From: Octopus sinensis
Lineage: Eukaryota
DNA length: 64,000 nucleotides
Direction: 5' to 3'
Assembly (NCBI RefSeq): GCF_006345805.1
Contig: NC_043012.1
Location: forward strand, 16,864,001-16,928,000
Position 1 is the stretch's first letter, and the number at the start of each line of letters is the position of its first letter. The notes beneath the pieces were generated by a model. The model did no database searches, was not told the origin of the DNA, and saw only the letters and a program-made list of their open reading frames with translations. Positions 41,435-55,100 of the stretch are shown piece by piece. Both the position numbers and the translations under genes were made by a program.

Positions 41435-43114
41435 TTACATACTAACACAATATTTGGCATTCAAAAATAAAGTCATGGGTTCGGTTTATGTGAGAATAAT
41501 TTCTTTGATTTTTTGAAGAATTTCAAATGTCCTTCAATCATTTATTTTCAGGTGTCCTTTGTCATTATGAAGATATCAACCTATCTGATACATACTTCCT
41601 TGACCCCCAGTGGCTTTGTGATCAACTTGCTAAAGTGGTCACCATTCGAGAAGTAAACAAATTTGCTGTCAACGGTTTGTAGAACTTATTTTTTATTGAT
41701 TTATACATCATCGTCATTATCATTGTCGTCATCATCACCTTCATCTTTGTTGTCATCATCTTATGTCCGTTGTAACATGTTAACTTGGATTGGACGAGTC
41801 TTGTAATGCATTGCGTTCTGTGTTATCATACATGCACATCAGTGGAAAAACACTAACCACTGTTGTTATACGTATGTTTTGTGGTATAGACCTGGTGCCT
41901 GTTATTATGCCACCAGCACTGGAGAGATTGTGTGGGGGGTAGAACTAAAGAGTTCCTTCAACTCTGTATTAGTTTTTATTTGGTGCTACTGTCCCAGCTA
42001 GCCCAGGATGTGGATTATAGAGTACACATCTCTCTTATATGTTCCATTTTTACCTCATTGTTGCTCATATCACCATCAGTTTTACAAAGTATACTGGATG
42101 CATTTAATTGTATGACTCTAAAACTGGAGATGTTTTTTTTAGGAAAGATGACTGAAGGGTCCTCTCTATTCTGTGTCAGGTATTATCCAGAGTTATTATC
42201 CTCCTGGATGGACCCATTGTGGTCCTTTATCATACTATCCATTAGGGTACTTTGTTTTGCTACCCAATGTGTTTGTTCATCTCACTACCCAAAGAAGCCC
42301 TTCCAGTAACCAACAACTTTATAATGCAGACCACATACATTTTATCATGATTTTGGGACTAAAAAGGTTGACTCATACAAGGAGACTAAAGAGTCTTTGT
42401 CGGCCTACAGGATCTGCATTCAGTTCTTCATTTCTTTTGCAGGAATCAGTAGGTATTTAGAGAATAAGCAGTCTCTTTCCAAAGTTTAGCTTTGATAAGG
42501 GTACACCAGGCATCACAACCATATGTGCACGAAATGGTGATTTCATATCAAGATAAACGGTGCATCACCTTGCAGGTGGGACCCAGTCTGAAGATTGTTT
42601 TTCAAATGATTTAGGATTAATTCCAGTGACTTTCAGTGTTGTCTTGAATTGGTCCTTGTATCTTCGAAGAGGGCAACCCTCTGGTCTTTTTCCTCAAGTG
42701 AGTTCACCGAATAAGACTTGGCATGGAAACCTTTGCTCTTCCATTGTTGCTAAGTAAATTACATAAAGATATATCACTTTAAACAGAAAATTATAATTTT
42801 TTTCTATTTAAGGTGGGGTGTGGCTGGGACAATCCCAAAAAAATACTGACAAATGACAGTTATAGCAATACAGTTCTATATTTAAGAGATGAAGAATTAT
42901 TTACATTATTTACATTGTCTACATTTAACGGATATTTGTCTTCATCTTGTTTGTTGTTAACACAACATTTCAGCTGATATACCCTCCAGCCTTCATCAGG
43001 TGTCTTGGGAAAATTTTGATTAACCAATATGTCATATGCCCACGGGCATATGGCGTAGTGGTTAAGGGCGCAGGCTACCAACCCCAAGATTCCTAGTTCG
43101 ATTCCAGGCAGTGA

Positions 43115-43154
<40 letters not shown>

Positions 43155-46100
43155 TAATGATAATAATAATAATAATAATAACAACAACATCAAAAAATAC
43201 CTTAGGAATGAGAACCCAGGTTCGAAATTTCCCCAAGACACCTGATGAGGGCTGGAGGGTATATCAGCTGAAAAGTTATGTTAACAACAAACAAGATGAG
43301 GACAAATATCCATCAAATGTAAATAATGTAGATGCAGCAATGTTCTGCAATAGCACATGCCCCTTCACCATACCATACAATAACATACCATGCCATGCTT
43401 AAAATGGTTTGGTTCTTGATTTAAAACAATTCGCTGTTTCTTTGTTTCAGGTGTGATGTATATGAAAGACTTAGGTCTGCTCTATAAGAGTTTATCAAAG
43501 AGTCCAAATTCCGGTTCTCAAGGCTATATGTTAGACTTACTGAGTAAGTTTGAATTAGCCCTACAGTTTGATAAAGATAAACTTTTAATTCCATCTTTGC
43601 TACCAACTGTGCCCTGTGAAAAACAAGTTCTGGTAAGTTTTTTTTTCTTCCTTATTGTATTTTCTGTTGTATCTGGGTAGAGTCATTCTCTTTTAGTGCC
43701 TTACAATTTAACACACTCACTGGTAATATTTCCATTCAAATTTTCGCTCTGTCTTGCAACCTTTTCAATAGTTGAGAGTCAACAACTATTGAAATGTGGA
43801 TGGTAAAATGATGATGATGATGATAACAAATCAGTGAAGAAATAACTATCATATTTATTTGTTAGAAAATAACTATTTTTAAATCTGACAATGCGAGATA
43901 TTCAGCAACAGTGCCTTGGAGTAAAGACTGTTTGCCAACATAACATGGCAGTCCTGGTTTAGGATGAATGTTGCTGTAATTTAGCCCCAGGAGACATCGT
44001 CTCCAGCTGGCTATACGACACGATCTGTGTCCTTATATTTTCAAACAAGGGAAACTAGCATCCCCACTCAGCTCAAAACAAAATCTGTGTATCATGATTT
44101 CCGGGTTATACACAGATATTGTTTTGAACTGAGTTGGGGTGCTAGATTCCCTTGTTCGAAAATAGCCAGCTGGAGACAATGTCTCCTGGAGCTAAATTAC
44201 AGCAACATTTGTCCTAAACCAGGACTGCCATGTTATGTTGGCAAACAATCTTTATATTTATTTGTGTACAACGTGCACTTCTTCCGCTGCCGATTCCACA
44301 GAAGTTGCAATTTTACATCTTGCACAAGTAAAATTCAAAGATCACTTTTGAAGTTGGTTTTCATTGCATTTAAGATGTGTAAACTTTTTGAATGTATTTT
44401 ATTTAGTAATTATAGTAAATTTAACGAAGCTTCCCTTTCTTCTTCCTTTGCATTGTAATAATAAAGACATGTTACTGTGTATTATACACAAGATGTAGTT
44501 TCTGGAGAAATTTCTTTGCTCATAATTACAGATGTGCTTTAAACATGGGTGTATATTATACATGAATAGAAATGTCATGTTGATAAATGTTGAAGACAAA
44601 CATAAATATGTTGAGAAACATTGAAGGTGAATCTAAGGATGTTGATAAAACCATACTTTTCAGTTATTTGGTATCACCATTGCCAACGGAAGTGAAAGAA
44701 ACTGTAACATGTTAAAGAAGAAACACATCATCATCATCATCGTTTAACGTCTGCTTTTCATGCTGGCATGGGTTGGATGTATTGAGTGAGGACTGGCAAG
44801 CCAGAAGGCTGCACCAGGCTCCAATCTGATCTAGCAAAGTTTCTACAGCTGGATGCCCTTACTGACACCAACCACTCTGTGAGTGTAGTGGGTGCTTTTT
44901 ACGTGTCACCGGCACGAGGGGCAGTCATGCGGTACTTGCAATGACCACACTCAAAAGGTGTTTTTTACGTGCCACCTGCATGGGAACCAGTCCGGTGGCA
45001 CTTCCATAATAATTTAAATCTTTACTTCATTTCTCATTTTCTTTCAATTTATTTTAATTTTTTTTTTTTTTTTTTTTGATCAGGTAAAATTAAAATATGA
45101 TGAAAGTGATGAAGAAAATCCAAATTTGAACTTTGATGAGAGCATCAGTATAAAAGTCCCAGAAAATATTCCTACCAAACCACTACCTCAGAACAATCTT
45201 GTAAAAGTTGAAACGTCTCCTGTACTTGAAAATAAACAAGAAAATTCTTTTGATACTTCCCAAGCAAAACTGAATTCTTATAAATTGGAACCGATCCATT
45301 CCATGTGCCGACTATACCAGCTAATGTACATACCCAGTGGATTTTGGCCCCAGGTTATTACAAGACTCTTGGCAGACAAATGTATATACACCACAGCTGA
45401 ATACTTGTTTGATATTGATTGTTGTTGTGACCAATGTCTGCCAATTATCCGTAAAGAAATTGTGAAGACAATTCGATGGCGGTGCTGGCAGAAACAAATG
45501 GAACTAGTGTACAAGAATTGTGTGTTACTGAGTGTGAAAGAAGCCAGTGCCGACTCCCCTGGGGTCATATGTGACTTTACACGTTGTAAAGTCTTGTGTC
45601 ACATGGGACAGAGGTGGGAGATTGTAGACTTAAAACAAGCTTCTGTTCTGGAGCTTTGTTTCCCCAGTAATGAATATTCTATAAATTTTTATAACATTTC
45701 CAGTGAGCAGCAGAAGAAAACATCTCAGCAAAAATGTGATATAACAGAAAATGATCAGCAGAGTACTTCAAGTGAACAATATTGGTAAATATACACTATC
45801 TTTCTTCTTTAATTCCATTCTATGCTATATATAATATGTAATAATATTATTTGTAGCGTAATAAATGATATGTGTTAACATAATAAATAATATGTATTAA
45901 TATACAGTGCTATCTTGCAGCATGAGTTTGATTCATTCCATGACTGAGCTTGTTTTACAAATTAGTTTTTCCCATTGAAGTTAATTAGAATATTGTTAAT
46001 TGGTTCCAGCCCCACAAAACTACCCAAAAATCATTTTTTATGACTTTTAAAACAGAAAAGATGCAGTTACAAGGAAAATGACAATTATAAAAGCATGATA

Positions 46101-49100
46101 AAACAGAATGCAAAAGAAATATGTAAACTGGTTCTATTGATTTAATTACCTCACAGATTGGATGATTTGTGCACAAGGAAGATGATGGAGCGGGGAGGAA
46201 GATGATGGAGCAGGGAGGAAAGGATTGTTGTTTGGAAGGAGAATCTCCTTCTATTAAGACTTTTGGAAGAACAATTTCTGAAGTGCTCTCTCTCACTTTA
46301 CTTAATTTAGGATTTTTGGACACACTTTCTTCACTTTTCACACTTGGAGGTTGTTTCATTAGAAACTTATCAAAGGAAGTCTGCTTTTTCCTACCTTTCA
46401 AAATGTTACGAAAATGTTCCAGAACAGTGCCATTAAATAAAGCAGCTGCACAACCATTAGATACTTTTTCAGGATGATATTTTTCTACATATTCAGAAAC
46501 ATACTGCCACTTTACCAACACTGCTTTTTGTCACTCATAGGTATAGCCTTCTCCGTTACACTGTCCTCCTCCAGGGAACCAATCTCTTTCACCACATCCA
46601 AATGCTGCTGCTCCTGAAGCTGCGGGGGTTCATCTGTCACCAGCTCCTCTGAGTGTTTCTCAATGAGATGGTTAATGTCCCCATCGTCAACCTTGTGGCC
46701 CATGGATTTGCCAAGAGACACTATCTCCTCGACTACAAGTGTCTCAAACTCAAACCCTTTGAAGTCTCTTTCAGATAAACTGTCAGGCCACAGTTTCCTC
46801 TATGTAGAATTCAGTGTTCTCCTCATTACACTCTGCCAGGCCATATCGATGAGATTCAGGCAGTTAACAATGTTGTAGTGCTCCTTCCAAAACTCACAAA
46901 GGGTCAGATTTGTGTTTTCAGTGACTTTAAAGCACTGATGAAACAGGTGTTTGGTGTTCAATTTCTTAGAATTAGAAGTAATTTGTTGGTCTATGGGCTG
47001 CAAGATAGGGGTGGTGTTGTGTGAAAGGAATAGAACTTCTATGAATTTAAGTTCATCCAGGATATCTTCAAAGATGGGAGGGTGAGCAGGAGCATTGTTG
47101 AGTATGAGCAGGGCCTTGAGAGGAAGATCATTCTCCAGAAGGTACATTTTTGTTGCTGGTCCAAAGATAAGGTGACCCACTCAGTGAAGAATTGTCTGAT
47201 GACCCAGGCTTCTTCATGATTTTGTGTGATTTGAATGCCTGTGGGTTTTCAGAATGGTAGACAAAGAGTGGCTTAATCTTCAAGTCTCCACTCACATCAG
47301 CATAGAGGGCAAGAGCTAGTCTGTCTTTCATAGGCTTGTAGCTTGGTATTTTCTTCTCCTCCTCTGCAGTTATGTAGGTTCTTCTGGGTATTTTTTTTCC
47401 AAAACTGGCTAGTTTCATCACAGTTAAATACCTGTTGTATGATGCACCCCTCACCTGCTATGAGCTGATGGAATTCAAGCATAAAATCCTCAGCTGTCTT
47501 CGTGTCAGAACTCGCTGCTTCTCCATACCTGATGATGCTATGAACACCAGTCCTCATTTTGAAATTATCAAACCAGTAGTGACTGACCTTAAATGCATCT
47601 TCTGATGTCTCCTTTGTAGATGTTTGAGGCTTCTGCTTCAGGAGATCCCTATACAGCGCTTGTTCTTTTTCACAGATGATGGTGTTCATAATTGTATCCC
47701 CTGCGAGTTGCTTCTTGATCCACAGGAGAAACAATTTTTCCATCTCTTTGTGGACAGATGTGCATTGCTTGGAGAGCCTGGAGACACCCTTTGCTGTTTA
47801 ATGGCCTTGATCTCATCCTTTTGCTTCAAGATGGTGCAGATTGTCGACATGCTTCTGTCGTATTGACATGCTATATCCACTACACGCACTCCTCTCTCAT
47901 GTTTATCAATGATTTCCTTCTTCAGTTTTATTGTAATCAGATTTTTCTTCTTCTTTGCATTGTCCTTTGAACTAACCTTCTAAAGACCCATGACAAACAT
48001 AACTAATTATTATAGAATAATATGTAAAAAGCACCCACTACACTCACGGAGTGGTTGGCATTAGGAAGGGCATCCAGCCATAGAAACATTGCCAGATCAG
48101 ACTGGGCCTGGTGCAGCCTTCTGGCTTCCCAGACCCCAGTTGAACCGTCCAACCCATGCTAGCATGGAAAGCGGATGCTAAACGATGATGATGATGAATA
48201 CCAAAAAATGCAGAAAGCTAAAAAAGTCACTGGATAAAACACAACTGGGATGCTGCCATGAGATAAACATGTGAAGTGAGTGAGCGGAGGCTGCCTTGAT
48301 GGGAGAGCATGAGCGAGCTCAGCGCTGACTAATGGTTGCCTGTATAAAACTCACTTGCACTACGGATTTCCAGTCATACTTCAAGACAAGAATTTGCATA
48401 AGCTTTGGCTTGTACAACAAATAACTTGTACAATGGTGCATTCCTACTGTGAGGCTCTACTCTATTAATATATTAATACAGCCTCTCCTGCAGCTTGACT
48501 GTTTCCTTGTATTGATATTAATATTGTGCGGGTGGCACGTAAAAAGCACCCACTACACTCGCGGAGTGGTTGGCGTTAGGAAGGGCATCCAGCCGTAGAA
48601 ATACTGCCAGATCAGACTGGGCCTGATGCAGTTGAACCGTCCAACCCATGCTAGCACGGAAAACGGACGCTAAATGATGATGATGATGATGATTGTGTAT
48701 TAAATTGATGTATCACATATTAATATATGGTGCAGGCGTGTCTATGGTTCTGGGTTCAGTTCCACTGCGTGGTATCTTGGGCAAGTGTCTTTTACTCTAG
48801 CTTCGGCTGACCAAAGCCATGTGAATGGATTTGGTAGACAGAAACTGAAAGAAGCCTGTCGTATATATATGTATATATTGGTGTGTTTGTGTGTCTGTTT
48901 GCCCCTCCACCGTCACTTGACAACTGATGTTGGTGTGTCTACGTTCCCCGTAACTTAGTGGCTTGGCCAAAGAGACCAATAAAATGAGTAACAGGCTTAC
49001 AAAGAATAAGTCCAGGGTTCGATTTCTTCGACTAAAAGGTGGTGCTCCAGCATGGCCACATTCAAAATGACTGAAACAGGTAAAAGAATAAAAGAATACT

Positions 49101-52100
49101 TAAAGGACTGTGGTTCAATTCCTATTAACTTTTCATTTTGTTATCGTTTTTTTTTTTCCTATGTGTATTCTTTGTAATTGCAGATCTTGCTTTGTCTGTG
49201 TGTAGGTGGTAGTGGTGGTGGTGTTGTTGGAAGCAGTTACTGTTAAATCAGTATTATAAGAGTTCTCTCCCCTGTGAAATACTTGCCTCCCACCCCTTAT
49301 ATTCCAGCTCTTATTACTTTTACAAATCACAGACGATTGACAAATCAGATTGTTTATAGATTTTTGGTCCTAATCCAGCCGTTACAATTGCTTTGTTTTT
49401 TTCTATTTTCTGAGGAAGTTTGTAATTAAAACATGTTCCAACAATATACTGCGCTTTGAGCTCACTGCAAAATAATGTTTAGTATTCCACGGAGCTGAAA
49501 CCAGAGAATAATTTTGATTGAGTCTCTCTCTCTGTCTCTTACTTGTACGCATACACGCACACATGCATGCAGACACATGCATACACACATACACATATGC
49601 ACACATGCACAAATGATGTGTATTTCCTTAATATATTCCAGCAAACTTGAACATGCACATCTGCTAGAACATATTTCAAATGGATATAGACATTGTTGTT
49701 TTGATTCTCTTTTTGCATGCCCATAATAATTTAATATTAGCTTGGCAAATCTTAGCATGCCTCAGAAAAGGTTTTGTTTACAGATATTTATACATAGAAG
49801 CAGTTGTTCTCGTCTAGCTCCAGTAGATCCGGTGATATCTATTACTGAGGAGGTATAACTATGTTGAAACACCAGTATCTGATAGTCTACCAACATCACT
49901 TGTAGCAACTATATTGTTTATACATTGTTTATAGAGAGAAATCATTCTTTGAGAGGAAATCCTTTCCAATAGCACAATGGCATGCTCATGTTTGAGTCTG
50001 CTGGAACATTTTAGGAATGGATAAACACAATATGTTTTGATTCAACATTGATTTATGTGTCCATAATTCCATAATAATATTACGCACACACACATTTATA
50101 TATGGTAAATAAAAGGATCTGCTTTCTCTTGTAGCCTTTTTTGCCAGAATGTCAACAAAGTATGCGACTTTACTCTAGTTCGCAATGAGAAGTTGTCCTG
50201 CAGACTTCTGGCCCGTGTCATTGAACACGTTGACAACTTGTTGCAGGACTGGTACCCAGAGCTTGGCGAGCAACGTTTCATTCAGAACATCCACGGTCAG
50301 TATCTAGTCAGTCGGCTTGTACCATGTCCTTGCTGCTTGACCACCATACATCACAAACAACAGAAATTCAATAACAAAGACAACTGGATTATGGTCAATG
50401 ATTTGATTAACCAATCAGAGCTGTGTCTAAGTTTAGACAATATGGATGAGGATCAATCGAAAGACTGGTAAGTCCCTCACTATCTGCCTCCCTTTCTCTC
50501 TTTCTATCTCTCTCACTGTTTGTCTCTTTATCTTTTCTTTCTGTTTGTCTGCCTTTGATCTTTTTTCAGTTTCATTTCATTATTTGCTTTGTATTATGCT
50601 TTGTATACAAGCGGTTTCTTTCATTTCTACTCTTCTATGAAAACATGTCAGGCCATGGGGGAAATATTACCTTGCTTGGAAACAAGTGGAGGTTGGTGAC
50701 AGGAAGAGCATCCAGCCATAGAAAATTTGCTTTGTAGAAGTGAAATGGCTTGAGAAAGAAAAAATCTATAAAGAATAAAAAAAACGAATAAAGCAAAAAA
50801 ATGTGTTACAGTCTGAGTTAGTCATGGAGAAACTGTGGCCTATAGGCTGCATGCAAACCATTTCTGAATGGTACGCCTAATGGAAAATTACCAAAATCAG
50901 CCTGTATGTCTTTTGTGGTATGTGGTCTGCTTGATGATGACCCATGTCTCATGCTGCCTATTTCTTCAAAAAGGCTGCTCATGCTTGGTCTAATTAATAA
51001 TCTTTACTATGCATGATCATCATTTCGAAATATAAGCTTAACTGTTGTATTCTTAGTATTTCTTATTCTCTTCTTCCTAGTAGGAATATTTTTTGCCAAA
51101 TAGACAACAGATAGAGTAATTAAAGAGATGCAAGCTAACAAACTCTCCATGTCAGCCACTGTGTATTCTTCCTCTTTAGAGAAGATCAAGTGTTTGAAAT
51201 AATTGTTGTTCTCATTTCCCATGGCAAATCAACTAACGGTAATTCGTTTTATGGATTAACTTTTACCAGCTAACATCATCGCTAACTTCTTCAGATTCTA
51301 GATCTTACCCATGAAAGAAGGCTTGATTCTGCCATGTTGTTCAGTATAACCTGTGTAACAAGCTAACCTCACCTCTTCATCTCCATAATATGATTTAGAT
51401 TTGCTGTATGAGAGCTAAATTGTGCACTAACGATGATAGCAAGAGCCAAGATAGCCTCTGAGTTAACAACGGAGTCTTTACATAGTTGCTCACTCCACTA
51501 AAAAAGCAGCCAAATCTCCCTCAAAGTATGTTGTGCCTTAAAAAAAAGGAACACATTGGTTAATATAGTGTTACATATATTGTCTTGGATGGGGGGAACT
51601 AATGAAGAGATAATTATGATGAGAATTCCTTTGGTAAAGGAATGCCTTTGATGACCAGAGGCTAAAGAAGAACAACATTAGATAATAGCTGATAGACCAG
51701 AAGCATAAAGACCACTTCTCATTGCTTTTTTCATTTTAAGACGGTCCATTAGCCAGTGACAAATGACACTGATTTTCCTAATTCCTGTCTTGCAAGTGAC
51801 ACCAGATGAAGGATAAGATTCTTGCTCCCAAGAATATCTAGTTTCTTTTAAGTTTCCTACCTTATAAATTCTGTTAGGCAGCTGAAGCATAGACATCCTC
51901 CTGCAGAGAATACCAGTCTACCAGAGGTGACATTCCCAGAAGATCTGGAGATTATAATTATAATCCCCAACAACTAATTGAACTATGACACACAAGAGTT
52001 AAGTACCTTGAACAACAACAAAAAAAAAAAAAAGACTCTAGTGGTCAATTTGAAACCAAGATCTCTTAGTTGGTAGTTGAACCCATTAGTTATACTCAAC

Positions 52101-55100
52101 CATTTCACTCTCAAAATACAACACACTTTTATTTAATTTTCATCCTTTTTTATTTTTTCTGGCTTTGGTATTCCAATTTTCTCTTTCTATATTCTTTAAT
52201 ATTCTGTCTCATTCTATTTGCTTTCTGGCATTCTAATTTACTTTTGCTGTCTTTCAGCTCTAACAAACTACTTGTCAATTCGACTTTGCACTCGTTTTTG
52301 GTGGAGGAATGCATGTTAAATGTTCTGGAACAGCAGTCTGCAAACTGCCCCATTCATGGAGACCTTGGTCGTTATTGGGTTGCTTCAGATAATCAGCTTA
52401 AGAAACTTTATTTGGCCCCTGATATTGTGAGTGAAATATTAGACATTTTTCTAAACTCCCCCTTACGTTTTTTTTTAATATCTATAACAAAAAAAGTTAA
52501 TACAAATAAAGATGAAATTGTTATCTCTCCTGTGTTCAAGTAACCCAAAAGAAGTAGTTGGTAAAGTTGATCCTGGTGGGATTTGAACTCAGAATGCAAA
52601 AAGTTGACCAATACTCAGGCATTCCAGCCATGATCATCTCTTCTGTTTTCAGAGCTAGTGTATCATAGATACATCTTCCAATATATTCTAATCTGATTAC
52701 ACTGCAGGATATGATTAGAATGAGAGTTGGCTGCTATTTCACACACCAGGCATTAGATAGAATAAGATGTGGTATATTGTTCAACTTTACCAAAAAAAAA
52801 ACAAAAAAACAAACAAAAAACACCATGAATCCAGGGCAGTGGATTAATGGAACTGTTGGAGCATTAGACAGAACAGATTCTGATTCCACAAGGTATTTTG
52901 TCTCATCCTAACAATTCTACCGATCTGCAACTTTGGTTTGGTAAATTTTCTCTTTCACTGACTCCAAAAGGATGAAAAGCAAAGTTTATTTCAGTGAGAT
53001 TTGAACTCGGAATGTAATGAGATAGAACAAATACCACAAGGCATTTAGGCATTTTATCCACTCCTTATCAAACTGTAATTTGCCACTTCTTATCAAATTG
53101 TAAACAGGCACTGTGTATGGGTACAAGCCATTTCTGATAAAAAGCATAAGGGCACTTAATATTTGATGGTCAGCAGACAGGAGTTCAAATCCTTGTTTGA
53201 ATATTATAGTTTGAAGTGAGATTTTACAAGTTGACTTTTCCTGGGTGCCCCACCTTCTGTGCCCCACCTCCTCCCACCGACACTGCTTTATGGGTCCTAT
53301 TTAGGTTATTTATTTCATTTACTTAATTTTCAGGTGTTCCGGGATCTTGAGGAATCGTTACTCTTTGACAGCGACCAAGTGGAACAAGTTGAAAGACTGG
53401 GCCGTGGGGAATTTGGTATTGTCTATCGGGGAATTTTACATCGAGAGGTTAGTACTAATCTGTATGGGCAGAGTTTCTTCAAAATCCCTCTCTCTCTCTC
53501 TTTCTCTCTCTCTTGCCCTCTCACACACACATCATACAAAACTGAATTGTTTGAGTGCATCAGCATCGTCTGTGAGTATGTATTGGGGTGTCTGGAAAGT
53601 TCATGCCGATTAAAAGGAAAGAAAAAGGTCAATAAATACTTGTCATTACATTTTTAATCAACCAAATATGAACCATTTCGTTGCACAATGCGTCTCCATC
53701 TTTCCTTTACCTTGAAAATACCCTCTTTCCAGAATTGAGGTGGTTTCATGGCAAAGAATTCATCAAGGTATCTTTTTACATCATCCAAGGAATTGAAATT
53801 TTTACCATTAATACTATTCTGCAGAGACCTGAATAAGTGGAAATCCGAAGGAGCAATATCTGGTGAATATGGAAGGTGGGGTAATGCATCCCAGCTGAGC
53901 TGCAGCAATTTTGTCTAGTTCCCAAAGTATCAAGTGCCGAAAATGAACTTTCTTATCTTCCATTTTAAAGGGTTACAGAATTAACACAGTTTATTAGAAC
54001 ATAAAACATCTTCCACCAAAAGATAGTAAACTGTGTTCTAAATGGAGGTGTAGTCAAATTCTATTTTATGGACTCAACCATGTTCTAAAATAAGTCGAAA
54101 GGTGATCTACTATAAATCAGCACAAACTTTCTGAACAACCCAATATATGTGTTCATTATTTTTGATTGTTTATAATCGTTATATACAAATCACTCACAAA
54201 TGAATTAGTTAATCCATCTTTTGTGAGCTGCTGTTAATATTTGTTATTGGAGGGTCAGATTTAATCCTTTGGCATTCAGATTACTCTGTGCAACGTAATA
54301 CTGATTTATTCAAATTGTTTTGAATTAATCCTGTATTATCTCTTAGCTTTGAGATTTTGATGATGTGATTGTTTATATTTAGCATGACATGGTAGAGTAA
54401 GTGTGAGAGGCCAGATCTGGTCAGTTTCACCATAAAACAGGGAGAATATTTGGGCTGGATATGGCCAGCTTGAATGCTAAAGGGTTAAACCCCATACTGA
54501 ATGAGTGCAGACATGGCTAGAGGTGCCAACATGTCGATGTGGTTGGGAAGTTCACTTGAGAAGTTCACTTCCAAACCATGCGATTCCAGGTACAGTCCTC
54601 CCCTCCGTAGCACTTTGGGCTAGTGTTTCCTTCTATATATTATAGCCCTGGACCAACCAATGCCTTGCGAGTAGATGTTGTAGATGGAAACTTATGGAAG
54701 CCCATTGTGTGTGTGTGTGTATGTATGTATGGGTATGTGTATATTTGCGCCTTCTTGTTTTGAGATTGTGTGATAGTTGTAAAAGAGTGTCACCATTATA
54801 CAAGCGGTTTCTTTCATTTCTACTCTTCCATGAAAACATGTCAGGCCATGGGGGAAATATTATCTTGCTTGGAAACAAGTGAAGGTTGGTGACAGGAAGA
54901 GCATCCAGCCATAGAAAATCTGATCATCATCATCATCATCATTGTTAAACGTCTGCTTTCCATGCTAGCATAGGTTGGACGATTTGACTGATGACTGACG
55001 AGCCAGATGGCTGCACCAGGCTCCAATCTTGATCTGGCAGAGTTTCTACAGCTGGATGCCCTTCCTAATGCCAACCACTCCGAGAGTGTAGTGGGTGCTT

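Noticed and set aside
49784-49852. Possible extra exon (..[17 protein letters not shown])
   Set aside because: Exon 18 joins 50135 in phase without it, the best acceptor would create TGA, and the donor gtataa is weak; only junction reads could rescue it
50830-51460. Possible degraded coding or transposase relic
   Set aside because: No recognisable motif in any frame I could read
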